Shown here: positions 45,062 through 55,609 of the stretch, piece by piece
Position numbering within the stretch: position 1 is the first letter of the stretch
How the letters are laid out: each line of letters starts with the position of its first letter
Source: an uncultured Acidobacteriota bacterium
GTDB taxonomy: Bacteria > Acidobacteriota > Vicinamibacteria > Vicinamibacterales > UBA2999
Length of the DNA stretch: 64,000 nucleotides
NCBI GenBank assembly: GCA_963814955.1
Contig: CAWFEX010000013.1
Location: forward strand, 245,921-309,920
Direction of reading: 5' to 3'
Notes under the pieces: generated by a model
Seen by the model: the letters and a program-made list of their open reading frames with translations, nothing else
The model's database searches: none
Told to the model about the DNA's origin: nothing
Program-made: the position numbers and the translations under genes

Positions 45062-47104
45062 ATGGCAGAACGTGCACGTTCGATTTCGATCTGGGATCCG
45101 ACCATCGTGAGCCCGGCGGTAGCGGACTCGTTCCGCAAGCTGGATCCGCGAGTTCAAATCAAGAACCCGGTCATGTTCATCGTGGAGGTCGGCAGCCTGC
45201 TGACGACGATCGTGTGGCTCCAGGAGCTCGCCGCAGGCGGCGGGAACCCGCTGTTCACCGGGCAGGTCGCCTTCTGGCTCTGGTTTACCGTGCTCTTCGC
45301 AAACTTTGCGGAGGCGATGGCCGAGGGGCGCGGCAAGGCGCAGGCGGCCACGCTGCGCAAGGCGAAGACCGAGACGACCGCCGTCCGCGTTCTTCCCGGC
45401 GGTACGCGCGAAACAGTCAACGCCGGCACTCTGCGCGCGAACGACGTCGTCCGCGTGGAGGCGGGACAGATGATCCCGGGCGACGGCGAGATCATAGAAG
45501 GTGTCGCAAGCGTCGATGAATCGGCCATCACCGGCGAGTCCGCGCCGGTCATCCGCGAGGCAGGCGGAGATCGCTCCGCGGTGACCGGCGGCACCAAGGT
45601 GCTGTCGGACTGGATCGTTGTGAAAATCACGTCGAATCCGGGCGAAACGTTTCTCGATCGAATGATCGCCCTGGTTGAGGGCGCCGTCCGGCAAAAGACG
45701 CCGAACGAGATTGCGCTGAACATCTTGTTGGCGGTCCTGACGCTGGTCTTTCTGCTCGTCGTTGTCACGCTCGAGCCGTTTGCCAACTACGCCGGTGCCT
45801 CGATTCCGATTCCGGTACTGACCGCGCTGCTGGTCTGCCTCATTCCGACGACGATTGGCGCGCTGATTTCGGCCATAGGGATCGCAGGGATGGATCGGCT
45901 CGTGCAGCAGAACGTTTTGGCGATGTCGGGGCGCGCAGTGGAGGCAGCCGGCGACGTCGATACCTTGCTGCTCGACAAGACCGGGACCATCACCCTCGGC
46001 AACAGGCAGGCGGCCAACCTCCATCCCGCGCCCGGCATCAGCGACGCCACGCTCGCGGACGCCGCGCAGCTCGCCTCGCTGGCCGACGAGACGCCGGAGG
46101 GACGTTCGATCGTCGTGCTGGCAAAGGAAAAGTACGGCTTGCGAGGTCGCGAACTGGCCGCTCACGAAGCAACGTTCGTGGCGTTCACGGCACACACGCG
46201 CATGTCCGGCATCGACTTCAACGGGCGCTCGATCCGGAAAGGCGCGGTCGACGCCATCGAGCGACTGGTCCAGCAGCACGGAAATACGCTGCCCGCGGAG
46301 CTGCGCAGCCAGGTCGATCGCATCGCCCGCGACGGTGGAACGCCGCTGGCCGTGGCAGAAAGCGGCCGGGCGCTCGGCGTCATCCACCTCAAGGACATCG
46401 TGAAAGGCGGAATCCGCGACCGGTTCGCGCACCTGCGCGCGATGGGGATCAAGACGGTCATGATTACCGGTGACAACCCGCTGACCGCCGCCGCCATAGC
46501 CGCCGAAGCGGGCGTAGACGACTTCATGGCCGAAGCGACGCCCGAGGAGAAGCTCACACTGATCCGCTCCGAGCAGGCGGGGGGACGCATGGTGGCGATG
46601 ACCGGCGACGGCACCAACGATGCGCCGGCGCTCGCTCAGGCCGATGTGGGCGTGGCCATGAACACCGGGACGATGGCGGCGAAGGAAGCCGGCAACATGG
46701 TCGACCTCGATTCGAACCCGACAAAGCTGATCGAGATCGTCGAGATCGGCAAGCAATTGCTGATGACACGCGGCGCCCTGACGACCTTTTCGATTGCCAA
46801 TGACGTGGCCAAGTACTTCGCGATCATTCCGGCGATGTTCGTACTCGCGTTCCCACAGCTGGGTGTGCTCAACGTCATGCACCTGGCGACACCACAGTCG
46901 GCGATTCTCTCCGCGGTCATCTTCAACGCCGTGATCATCCTCGCGCTGATTCCGCTGGCGCTCAGGGGGATCACCTACAAACCGCTTGGAGCCGCCGCAA
47001 TTCTGCGGCGCAATCTGCTGATCTACGGCGTCGGTGGGGTCATCCTGCCGTTCATCGGCATCAAGGCGATCGACGTCGTACTCGCAGCCCTTGGTCTGGC
47101 GTGA
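45062..47104 (+). CDS. kdpB: K+-transporting ATPase subunit B (P-type ATPase)
   Basis: [21 protein letters not shown] and [17 protein letters not shown] motifs. 680 aa. Confidence 0.95.
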   Translation: MAERARSISIWDPTIVSPAVADSFRKLDPRVQIKNPVMFIVEVGSLLTTIVWLQELAAGGGNPLFTGQVAFWLWFTVLFANFAEAMAEGRGKAQAATLRKAKTETTAVRVLPGGTRETVNAGTLRANDVVRVEAGQMIPGDGEIIEGVASVDESAITGESAPVIREAGGDRSAVTGGTKVLSDWIVVKITSNPGETFLDRMIALVEGAVRQKTPNEIALNILLAVLTLVFLLVVVTLEPFANYAGASIPIPVLTALLVCLIPTTIGALISAIGIAGMDRLVQQNVLAMSGRAVEAAGDVDTLLLDKTGTITLGNRQAANLHPAPGISDATLADAAQLASLADETPEGRSIVVLAKEKYGLRGRELAAHEATFVAFTAHTRMSGIDFNGRSIRKGAVDAIERLVQQHGNTLPAELRSQVDRIARDGGTPLAVAESGRALGVIHLKDIVKGGIRDRFAHLRAMGIKTVMITGDNPLTAAAIAAEAGVDDFMAEATPEEKLTLIRSEQAGGRMVAMTGDGTNDAPALAQADVGVAMNTGTMAAKEAGNMVDLDSNPTKLIEIVEIGKQLLMTRGALTTFSIANDVAKYFAIIPAMFVLAFPQLGVLNVMHLATPQSAILSAVIFNAVIILALIPLALRGITYKPLGAAAILRRNLLIYGVGGVILPFIGIKAIDVVLAALGLA

Positions 47105-47111
47105 ACCGGCG

Positions 47112-47792
47112 TCACAGATCCGCGAAGCGATATCCCACCCACGGTTCGGTCATGATGTATTTGGGCGCCGCGGGATCCTGCTCGATCTTCTTCCGCAGCG
47201 AACGGATCAGCACGCGCAGGTGCTCGGGCTGGTCGGCTGCGTGAGGGCCCCAGATCGCCTTCAGTACGGCGCGATGCGTCAGCACGCGGCCGGGATGCTG
47301 TGCGAGATACGTGAGCAGCTCGAATTCCTTCGGTGTCAGCCGCACCTCTTCGCCGTTCCGGAGCACCCGAAATCGTTCACGATCGATGACAAGGTCGCCT
47401 CGTACGATCGGCTCGGACGTCGGTGGACTCTCCACCCGCCTGAGCCCAGCACGGATACGCGCGAGGAGCTCCTCGGCGCCGAACGGCTTCGTCACGTAGT
47501 CGTCTGCCCCTGCATCCAACGCGCGTACCTTGTCGCCTTCGGCGCCGCGCGCGGAGAGCACCAGGATGGGCACGTTCGACAGTTGTCGTACGCGAACGCA
47601 CAGCTCGACGCCGTCGATATCCGGCAGGCCCAGGTCGAGCACGACCAGGTCCGGCCTATCGCGATCCACCGCCTCCAATGCCGCGCGACCAGTCATCGCG
47701 GAGAAGACGTCATAGCCCTGCGCGCGCAAAAGCGGCGCCACCGTGCCGATGATGTTCGGCTCGTCGTCAACGATCAGGATGCGCGAGCCCAT
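47112..47792 (-). CDS. kdpE: OmpR-family response regulator KdpE
   Basis: Receiver ILIVDDEP...DLVVLDLGLPDIDG plus a winged-helix ...LTPKEFELL..L......VLT....L..IWG...TEPWVGYRF. Starts 2 nt after the kinase stop. Confidence 0.85.
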   Translation of the reverse strand: MGSRILIVDDEPNIIGTVAPLLRAQGYDVFSAMTGRAALEAVDRDRPDLVVLDLGLPDIDGVELCVRVRQLSNVPILVLSARGAEGDKVRALDAGADDYVTKPFGAEELLARIRAGLRRVESPPTSEPIVRGDLVIDRERFRVLRNGEEVRLTPKEFELLTYLAQHPGRVLTHRAVLKAIWGPHAADQPEHLRVLIRSLRKKIEQDPAAPKYIMTEPWVGYRFADL

Positions 47793-47794
47793 GC

Positions 47795-49314
47795 TTACGA
47801 GATCGCCGTCGGCACGCGGACCGATCCGGGCACGACGATGGAAAACCTCGCGCCCGCGTGCGCGACGTTTTCGGCCCAGATCCGGCCACCTGCCGCCGAC
47901 AGCAGCCCGCGCGTAATCGAGAGGCCCATTCCGGTTCCAAATGTTGTCTGACGGGCGGTACGGCCACGATAAAAACGTTCGAACAGGTGGTCGAGCTCAC
48001 CGGGATCCAGACCGGGTCCCTGGTCGGTGATCGCAACATGCAGACCGTCAGGCTCGACACGCGCCTGCACGAGAATCTCCTTGTCCTTTGGCGAGTAGTG
48101 TGCGGCGTTTTCGATGACGTGAGACAGCGCAACCGACGATCAAACGTGGATCGATCTCGACCTCCATGTCGGAGTCCGCATCCACGCGCAGCGCGTGCCC
48201 CTCGACGTGCATGCCTGACGTGGGCGACGGCAGCATCTACAACGTCGGCCGCCGTGACCCACTGCCGCTCGATGCGGATCGCCTCCGCATCGATGCGCGC
48301 CATGTCGAGGATGTCCTGAAACAGGCGAGTGAGGCGGTCGAGCTCCACGATGGCGGTGTCCGCCTGCACATGCCGGTCATTCGTGGGCAGATCGCTGCGC
48401 AGGTTCTCCACGGCGACTCGTATCGCCGTCAGTGGTGTTCGCAGATCATGGCTGAGCGCCGCGAGCAGCGTGCCCGCCAGGTCCGCCTTCTGCCGCACAA
48501 GCGCGGCGGCGTCACGTTCCGCCAGGAACTGCGCCCGTTCGATGGCAATGGCGACGACGCCGGCGACGGCGTCGAGCGTGCCGATGTCGAGCGCCGGGGA
48601 CGCCGCTACCAGAAGCCCAACGGCTTTCGTACCGTGTCGGAGCGGGACGATGAACGACTCGTTGCGTTCGCCGGCCCGGACGTGGCCTCCGTACGCACGT
48701 TGTCGGGCATCGAACTCCAGGGTGCCGCGCGCCTTCGCCAGCGCCGTGTTGAGGGCGCTCACATCGACGGAAGATCGTCGCTTCCGCCCTGGTAGATGCG
48801 CCAGCCGTGCTCGTCGGGAAGGCAGACCGCCACTCTGGCGAGCTCGAAGCGGCGCGCGACGTAGCGGGCCAGCACCTCGATCGCGCCGGCGGTCTCGGTG
48901 GTCAGCAGCACGTCACGGGTCAGGTCGAACAGACGCGTCACTTCATTGCGGCGCGCGATCGCGTCTGCGCGCGCGATCCTGCGCCGCCGCGGACAGATTG
49001 CTGGCGATGACCGCCACCACGAGGAAGGCGAACAGCGCAATCCAGTTCTGCGGATCGGCGATCGTGAATGTGCCGACCGGAGGCAGGAAGAAGAAGTTGA
49101 GCGTCAACATGGCCAGGATCGACACAATGATCGCCACTCTCAGCCGCGCGAGCGTCGCGGCGCCCAGCGCCACCAGAAGAAGCACCAGGGCAGCCGTTGT
49201 CGGGCTGACATCAGGCAACGCCCGGAGCGCCGACCGTGACGGCTGCGATAGCGCCAAGGCTGCACAGCGAAGACGAGGATGTCGCGCACGCCAGGGTTTG
49301 CGGCCCGTCATCAC
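47795..49314 (-). pseudogene. kdpD: KdpD-type membrane/GAF/histidine-kinase half, at least 4 frame breaks
   Basis: Pieces lie in different frames. In order: TM region (...NFFFLPPVGTFTIADPQNW...), then IARRNEVTRLFDLTRDVLL...GAF-like, then H-box LSHDLRTPLTAI, then EGHALRVDADSDMEVEIDPRLIV, then LSHVIENAAHYSP...ITDQGPGL...GTGMGLSI. Junctions are near 48975, 48770, 48210 and 48133. Confidence 0.75.
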
Positions 49315-49829
49315 CTGAATGGAGATTCTGCCACTTTGAATGAGGCCTTCGGCAGTCGGGTCAATTTCTTATGGACTCTTTACGCCTTTCTTACGTGCAC
49401 TGGCGCTAACGTGGTGCTCGGAGAACGGGGATGCAGGTCGTTACATCGTTCCATGCGTCTGCGGTCGAGCCCGACCAGCTCAGCGCCATCATGGCCGATT
49501 ACATGGCGCTCGAACGCGCTCGAGCTATCGCAGGCTGTTCGTCGCGCGGTTCGGTCTGCTGGCGCTCTCATTGCCGTTGCCGGCGCCGGTCTGCATTGGC
49601 TTGCCGCGCTGCCGACCTGGTTGGGCGTAGGACTCTGTCTCGCCGCTCCGGCCTGGGCATGGTTCGTCGAACTGAGGTGCGACTGGCGGCTCGCGCGCCG
49701 GCTGGACGAGGTTCCCGAACGTGCAGCCGTATCTGGTGCTGTCACCTCTCGAGCACGAAAGTCATAAAAAGTTCATAAGTACGCCGCGTCGTATCGAAAG
49801 GAGACGACCGCGTTCCTCGCATAATGGGG

Positions 49830-49965
49830 ACGTAGCCAAATTCGCTCACGAGCGAAGCGGGGGAACCATCGGAAGTCCCGGTTGTGGCTTCCAGGGGGCG
49901 CGTCCGGCATTGAGCCCGGTAGAGGACTCCAACCTCGAGCCCGTCAGCTAACCCCGTCGGCAATT
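49830..49965 (+). promoter_or_regulatory. c-di-AMP riboswitch (ydaO/yuaA class) in the kup leader
   Basis: AAUUCGCUCACGAGCGAAGCGGGGGAACCA...CCAGGGGGCGCGUCC...CCCGGUAGAGGA...CUCGAGCCCGUCAGCUAACCCCGUCGGCA matches the conserved cores of the ydaO motif (GAGCGGGGGACCCA, GGGGUGAAUC, GGUAGGG, CCCGAAUCCGUCAGCUAACCUCGUAAGCG). GGAGG and the kup GTG follow immediately. Confidence 0.75.
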
Positions 49966-49974
49966 GGAGGTTTC

Positions 49975-51907
49975 GTGTCCGTTTCGTCCGCTGCCTCGCG
50001 AGTCGACGCCCCGACGCCAGCGCGTGATACACCGCGCCGGCTGCTTCCCCTGACACTCACCGCGCTCGGCGTGGTTTACGGCGACATCGGTACCAGCCCG
50101 TTGTACGCCATGCGCGAATGCTTCTTCGGGTCACACTCGGTACCGCCCACGCACGACAACGTGCTGGGCGTGCTTTCACTGATCATCTACTCACTGATGC
50201 TCGTCATTTCGATCAAGTACGTCGCGTTGGTCATGCGTGCGGATAACCACGGCGAAGGGGGCGTGCTCGCGTTGACCGCGTTGGTCCCAGGCCGGAGCGG
50301 CGCAACCGGCGGGCCCACGCGGCTGGCTGTCGGGCGACCAATACTGATTGGACTCGGCATTTTCGGAACCGCGTTGCTGTATGGCGACGGCATGATCACG
50401 CCCGCCATTTCCGTGCTCGGCGCGATAGAGGGGGTGGAAGTGGCCACGCCTCTATTTCGGCCCTACGTGGTGCCTGTCACGGTCGCGATTCTGGTCGCGC
50501 TCTTTGTGATTCAGAAGTACGGCACTCATCGCGTGGGAGGACTGTTCGGTCCCGTCATGATCATCTGGTTCGTCGTCATCGCTGCGCTTGGCGTCGTCTG
50601 GATCGTGCGTGCGCCAGCGGTGCTCGGTGCGTTCGATCCTCGACACGGCTTCGACTTCTTCCGCGACAACGGCATTACAGGTTTTGCCGTGCTTGGCGCA
50701 GTCTTCCTGGTTGTCACGGGTGGCGAAGCGCTTTACGCCGACATGGGGCATTTTGGAAGGTATCCCATTCGTGTGGCGTGGTTTGCGCTTGTGCTCCCTG
50801 CTTTGGTGCTGAATTACCTCGGCCAGGGAGCGTTGCTCCTGACTCGATGCGAGCGTCGAGCATCCTTTTTTCCTGCTCGCACCATCGTGGGCGCTGCTGC
50901 CGCTCGTGGGACTCGCAACGGCCGCCGCGATTATCGCATCGCAGGCGCTGATTTCCGGCTCGTTTTCCATTACCCGTCAGGCGATCCAGCTTGGGCTCGC
51001 GCCCCGGCTCGAAGTGGAGCACACGTCGGCTCATGAAATGGGCCAGATCTACGTGCCTCAGGTGAATTGGGCGTTGATGTTCTCGACCGTGCTCATCGTG
51101 ATTGGGTTCGGTTCGTCCGGTGCGTTGGCGGCAGCGTACGGCATTGCGGTGACGCTGACCATGATCATTACGGTGTTGCTGCTGTACGTGATCATGACGC
51201 AGCGCTGGCGGTGGCCCAAGCCGGCGGCCCTGGCGGTGGTGATTTTCTTTCTGACCATCGACCTCGCATTCTTCGGCGCGAACGCGCTGAAGATTCTCCA
51301 GGGCGGGTGGGTGACGCTTGTGGTTGCACTGGTGCTGTTTACGCTCATGACGACCTGGAAGACCGGCCGTCGGCTACTGGCCGAACGGCTGACAGCGCGC
51401 GCGCTTCCTCTCGACGAGTTCCTCGCGACTGTGGCTGCCGTCCAGCCGGTGCGCGTGCCTGGGACGGCGGTGTTCATGACGGCACAGCCCACGGGAACGC
51501 CGCCGGCACTCACACACAATCTCCGGTACAACAAGGTTCTTCACGAGCATGTCGTCGTGCTCACGGTGACGACGGCGCAGAGACCGCATGTATCCGCCGA
51601 GGATCGCGTTTCGGTCGAGCCGCTCGGCTACGATCTGTTCAACGTGCGCGTGCAGTACGGATTCATGGAGGATCCCGATGTTCCGGCAGCGCTCCTGCAG
51701 GCGCGCGAGCAGGGCCTGATCCTCGATTCTGATGATCTGACGTACTTCCTGGGGCGCGAGACCATCATCGTGACGCGTCGAAAAGGGATGGCCATCTGGC
51801 GCGAGAAGCTGTTCGTCCTCATGGCTCGCAACGCGATTCGCGCGACGGCGTTCTTTCGTCTGCCGCCCGAGCGTGTCGTCGAACTGGGTGTGCAGGTGGA
51901 AATGTAA
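49975..51907 (+). pseudogene. kup: KUP/HAK/KT potassium transporter, single frame break at about 50845
   Basis: GGAGG upstream of GTG 49975. [14 protein letters not shown] motif. Frame 1 reads to ...[12 protein letters not shown], then frame 2 reads [41 protein letters not shown]...GQIYVPQVNW, colinear with E. coli Kup. Confidence 0.8.
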
Positions 51908-51914
51908 GGACGGC

Positions 51915-52658
51915 CTACTCCCAGTAATCCCTCAGTTCGCTCAATCCTCCGATGATGAGATCCGGAGAAACAGCGGAAGAGGCCGGCAGGCCTGCGCCGG
52001 CCGCATCGACCCAGATGCCGGTCATCCCCATCTTTTGTGGCTGTCCGACATCCCATTCCAGATTGTCGCCAACCATCCAGGTCTCGGGCGGAGACGCAGC
52101 CAGCTCGTTGAGCGCCAAGCGGTAGATTCGCTCGTCCGGTTTTCCGAACCCCAGCTCTCCTTCGACGAGAATCAGGTCGAACAACGGCTCCAACTGGAAC
52201 CGCACGATCTTCTGACGCTGAACCTCGGCCGCGCCGTTGGTGAGCAGCGCGAGTCGGCACCCGCTCTCGCGCAGCCACTTCAGTGTTTCAACGGCGCCCG
52301 GGAAAAGAGCAGTGCGCTCGTCGCGGCAACGGTCGTATCGCTCGGCGATTCGTTCGACCAGTGCGTCATCGTCAGTTCCAATGGCGGCGAGCGCCATCTT
52401 CGTGATCTGCCGCCGGGCCGCGGCCAGGTCCAGGCGACCCTGTCGGTGCCGTGCCGGGTCCGACCAGAACCATTCGCGAAGCCTGAGGATCTCAGCCAGA
52501 ACCGTTTGCGGATCCACGTGGGGCGCGCATGTTTCGCAGGCGACGTCCCAGCAGTCCACGACCGCACTGCCGTCCACGATGGTGTCATCCAGGTCGACCA
52601 GAACAGCACGCGGCCGCTGGCGGATCGCAGCCGTACCCGGGGCAGAAGGCGCGCTCAC
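51915..52658 (-). CDS. HAD-superfamily hydrolase (phosphatase)
   Basis: Motif I VLVDLDDT, motif II LLTNG, Lys in GFGKPD, motif IV MVGDNLEWD. GTG start. Confidence 0.8.
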   Translation of the reverse strand: MSAPSAPGTAAIRQRPRAVLVDLDDTIVDGSAVVDCWDVACETCAPHVDPQTVLAEILRLREWFWSDPARHRQGRLDLAAARRQITKMALAAIGTDDDALVERIAERYDRCRDERTALFPGAVETLKWLRESGCRLALLTNGAAEVQRQKIVRFQLEPLFDLILVEGELGFGKPDERIYRLALNELAASPPETWMVGDNLEWDVGQPQKMGMTGIWVDAAGAGLPASSAVSPDLIIGGLSELRDYWE

Positions 52659-52738
52659 GACGTAACATTAGACTCGTTTTCGCTGACCACCTTGAATCCT
52701 TGGCATTCGGCAAAGTCCGTGGCAAAGTGACGGGTCAC

Positions 52739-53713
52739 ATGTCTTCCGAGAGCGCCTCCGTACTGCAACGCGCATCAGCCGTCGATTCTGCCTGGAGCCT
52801 GCTTCGAGCCGCGCGCCAATTGGCCGACGGGCTCGAGAGGAGCGGGCGATTCGAGCTGTTCGGAGACGCCGAACCCGATGGTTTGCGGCCGTTGACGCCC
52901 GGCAGCTCCGGTGGAGTGCTTGCGTGGCAGCCAGGCGAAGGGTGGGAATCGCGTCTCCCGGCGGACGATCCGCGATCAGATCTGCTGAATTTATACCTCC
53001 CCATCTGCAGCGCTACGTCCGCGCGTCCGCTTACGGTGGGCCACCTCGGGCAAAGCCTCGATGGATTCATTGCAACGCCATCGGGCGACTCGCAGACCGT
53101 CACCGGCGGCGACAACATCGTCCACCTGCATCGGATGCGCGCGTTGTGTGACGCGGTGGTCGTCGGCGCGGGTACTGTCGCAGCCGACGATCCGCAGCTC
53201 ACCACACGCCACGTGCCGGGACCGCACCCGCTCCGCGTCATCTTCGATCCCGGACGCAGGCTGACGCCGACATTTCGACTGTTCACGGATCGCACCGCTC
53301 CCGTGCTGTACATCTGCACGCGATCCCGGATTTCAGCGGGTGAGAGCCATGTCGGTAGCGCGGTGATCGCCGCGATCGAGGGCGGGGAACCGGGAGAAGA
53401 AGCGGCGCAGGTGTTGCATCTTCTGCGTGCGCGCGGATGCGTGCGAGTGTTTGTCGAGGGAGGCGGGGTTACCGTATCGCGATTCCTCGAAGCCAATCTT
53501 CTCGATCGCTTGCAGATTGCTATCGCGCCGATACTGATTGGTGAAGGGCGTCCAGCGGTTCGGCTCACGCCGCAGGTTCGCTTGCGTGACTGCCGCCGGC
53601 CGAGTTACCGGGTGTTCCGCATGGGCGGTGACGTGTTGTTCGACTGCGACTTGAGCGTCCAGGCTGACAACGCTCACAATGGTGTTCCCGGGATGGTTAA
53701 TCGAGTCATCTAG
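52739..53713 (+). CDS. RibD C-terminal-type (DHFR-fold) reductase with N-terminal extension of about 95 aa
   Basis: GQSLDGFIATPSGDS..VTGG....HLHRMRALCDAVVVGAGTVAADDPQLTTR......PLRVIFD and ...VFVEGGGVTVSRFL matches the RibD_C pattern. No deaminase domain. Confidence 0.75.
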   Translation: MSSESASVLQRASAVDSAWSLLRAARQLADGLERSGRFELFGDAEPDGLRPLTPGSSGGVLAWQPGEGWESRLPADDPRSDLLNLYLPICSATSARPLTVGHLGQSLDGFIATPSGDSQTVTGGDNIVHLHRMRALCDAVVVGAGTVAADDPQLTTRHVPGPHPLRVIFDPGRRLTPTFRLFTDRTAPVLYICTRSRISAGESHVGSAVIAAIEGGEPGEEAAQVLHLLRARGCVRVFVEGGGVTVSRFLEANLLDRLQIAIAPILIGEGRPAVRLTPQVRLRDCRRPSYRVFRMGGDVLFDCDLSVQADNAHNGVPGMVNRVI

Positions 53714-53765
53714 TGGTGACAGGTACTTCTTCAGCGTATACGGTCCACTAAGTACCTGGCGAATC

Positions 53766-54653
53766 ATGCGCAGGTTCAGCTTCGCGCTGGTCGTCATTCT
53801 GGTGGTCCTGGCGGGCACGTCAGGGCGGCGGGCCTCGTCTGCGCCGGAGCCGGTCACAACATTTCGTGTCGCCACGTTCAACATTCATAAAGGTGCTCCC
53901 AGGCAGGGTGCCTATGACCTCGAGCGCACGATCGAGGGGATCCGGCACCTCGACGTGGACCTCGTCGGCATGCAGGAGGTGATGCGCAATCACCCCGGCT
54001 TCCGCTGCGACGACCAGGCCGCGCTGATGGCAGAGGGGCTGCGGCGGCGTACCGGACGTCCATGGACACATGTTCGTGCGAAGGCGTGGATCACGGAAGA
54101 TCGCCAATGTATGGCCGAAGGTCGAGGATCAGACGCCGCCACCGAAGATCTTGCGTTTCTTTCGGCGAGCCCCGTTCTCGAATCGAGCTCGGTCCGCCTG
54201 TCAGAGGGACGGGTGGGATTGGCCGTGCGCGTCGCAGCGATGCCGCATCTGCCTGTCATCGTGACGCACCTGGCAGCGAACCGCGAAAATCAACCCGATC
54301 GGATCCGTGAAATCGCGAGACTCCTGCCGTGGGCGCTGCGACAAGGTCCTGGCCTGCTGATCGGCGACTTCAACGCCCAGCCGGACTCCAGCGAGCTCGG
54401 TACGGTAATGGCGCAATATCGCGATGCGTGGGCCGAAGCCGCCGCACGTGGCCGGGTCGGCGGCGTCACCTCCGGATCGACGCGGCCGGGCCGGCGAGTA
54501 TCTCGCATCGACTACGTTTTCTATCAGCCGGGAATCGACGTCACGTTGGAGTCCGTGGACATCGTCGATTTTTCGACTTTGCCTGGATTCGGTGAAGTTT
54601 CGGACCATCACCCTGTGGTGGCGACGTTTCGTCGGAATCCTGCAGTCGACTAG
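53766..54653 (+). CDS. secreted endonuclease/exonuclease/phosphatase (EEP) family protein
   Basis: Signal MRRFSFALVVILVVLAGTSG. Contains FRVATFNIHKG, DLVGMQEV, LLIGDFNA and VSDHHPVVATF. Confidence 0.8.
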   Translation: MRRFSFALVVILVVLAGTSGRRASSAPEPVTTFRVATFNIHKGAPRQGAYDLERTIEGIRHLDVDLVGMQEVMRNHPGFRCDDQAALMAEGLRRRTGRPWTHVRAKAWITEDRQCMAEGRGSDAATEDLAFLSASPVLESSSVRLSEGRVGLAVRVAAMPHLPVIVTHLAANRENQPDRIREIARLLPWALRQGPGLLIGDFNAQPDSSELGTVMAQYRDAWAEAAARGRVGGVTSGSTRPGRRVSRIDYVFYQPGIDVTLESVDIVDFSTLPGFGEVSDHHPVVATFRRNPAVD

Positions 54654-54721
54654 ACCGCCTTCATTACCGTGGGCCGGGTCCTTGGACTCGGCGAATCAAG
54701 CGGGTCCGGAAGGACCCGCCC

Positions 54722-55609
54722 CTACACTGCACGCCTCTGCTCTGGAGGCCAGGCCGCGAAATCGTCGTGACCGACGACGACGCGGGAACGTCCTGCGGCA
54801 ACATGTTCCAGACGACGCGTGCGCCACCGCGCGATGGCAGTTGCCTGTTCTGGCGCCATCTCGGTGGCGGCTTGTGCCCAGCCATCGATGAGGAGCCGCA
54901 TTACGTCACCCTCGGCTGGTCCCAACCTCCAGTTGCTCGACTCACGCCGGACGCGATACCCGAGATCCACAAAGCACCGTTCCGCGGACGCGGCGGCTTC
55001 AGGCCCCTGCGCCGGCCCGCCTAGTCCCTTGTCGGTGTTCTGATGGCGGTTCATGAGATCTCGAACTGTGTTGTCCAGAGGCTCTTCCGGCGTGCACGTG
55101 AATTGGCCGTTGTAGGTGATGGCGAAGAGCGCTGTCGCGCCTTCCGCATGGCAATGTGCGGCAAGCGCACGGAGCCAGGATTCCGACACGAGATCGAGCA
55201 GGGCAGACGCAGTCACAAGATGGCGCCCCGAGAACATCTCGCGGTCGTCCAGGATTCCGAGGTCCTGCTGCCGCGTCTCGACGTCGCACTCGAGCTGCGG
55301 GCCGAGAAGGACGCATCGCCCCGGCTCGATCCAGGTCTCGTATCCGCGCGCGACGCCCCAGGAGGCTAGTCGTTCTGGCAGCTCCGCCAGAAGAGCAGCG
55401 CTCCGGTCGACAGCAAGCCACTGCTGTTTGCGGCGCAGACGCTCGCACAAATACCGGACGTTCGAGCCGGTGCCGGTACCGAGGTCCAGCACCCGGATCG
55501 GTTCGCCTGCGGGCGCGGTTTCGACGACTGCGCGCGTCAGTGCTTCGGAGCGCGCCGCAAAGTCGGCGGGCTCGCGCAGTCGCAGCCAATCGGAGAGTGC
55601 GTCAGCCAC
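54722..55609 (-). CDS. class I SAM-dependent methyltransferase
   Basis: Motif I RVLDLGTGTGSNVRYL. GTG 55609 overlaps the stop of the upstream GT4 gene. Confidence 0.75.
   Translation of the reverse strand: MADALSDWLRLREPADFAARSEALTRAVVETAPAGEPIRVLDLGTGTGSNVRYLCERLRRKQQWLAVDRSAALLAELPERLASWGVARGYETWIEPGRCVLLGPQLECDVETRQQDLGILDDREMFSGRHLVTASALLDLVSESWLRALAAHCHAEGATALFAITYNGQFTCTPEEPLDNTVRDLMNRHQNTDKGLGGPAQGPEAAASAERCFVDLGYRVRRESSNWRLGPAEGDVMRLLIDGWAQAATEMAPEQATAIARWRTRRLEHVAAGRSRVVVGHDDFAAWPPEQRRAV

Noticed and set aside
45020-46882. 620-aa ORF antisense to kdpB
   Set aside because: It is Arg/Gly/His-rich with no motifs. The plus strand encodes a complete P-type ATPase with all signature motifs. 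Long antisense ORFs are expected at this GC content.
49431-49767. Possible small membrane-protein gene between the kdpD remnant and the riboswitch (ORFs 49431..49778 and 49279..49767)
   Set aside because: A plausible N-terminus (MQVVTSFHASAVEPDQLSAIMADYMALERA) and plausible TM helices (ALIAVAGAGLHWLAALPTWLGVGLCLAAPAWAWF) lie in different frames. There is no RBS and no recognisable family. Evidence is too weak to annotate.
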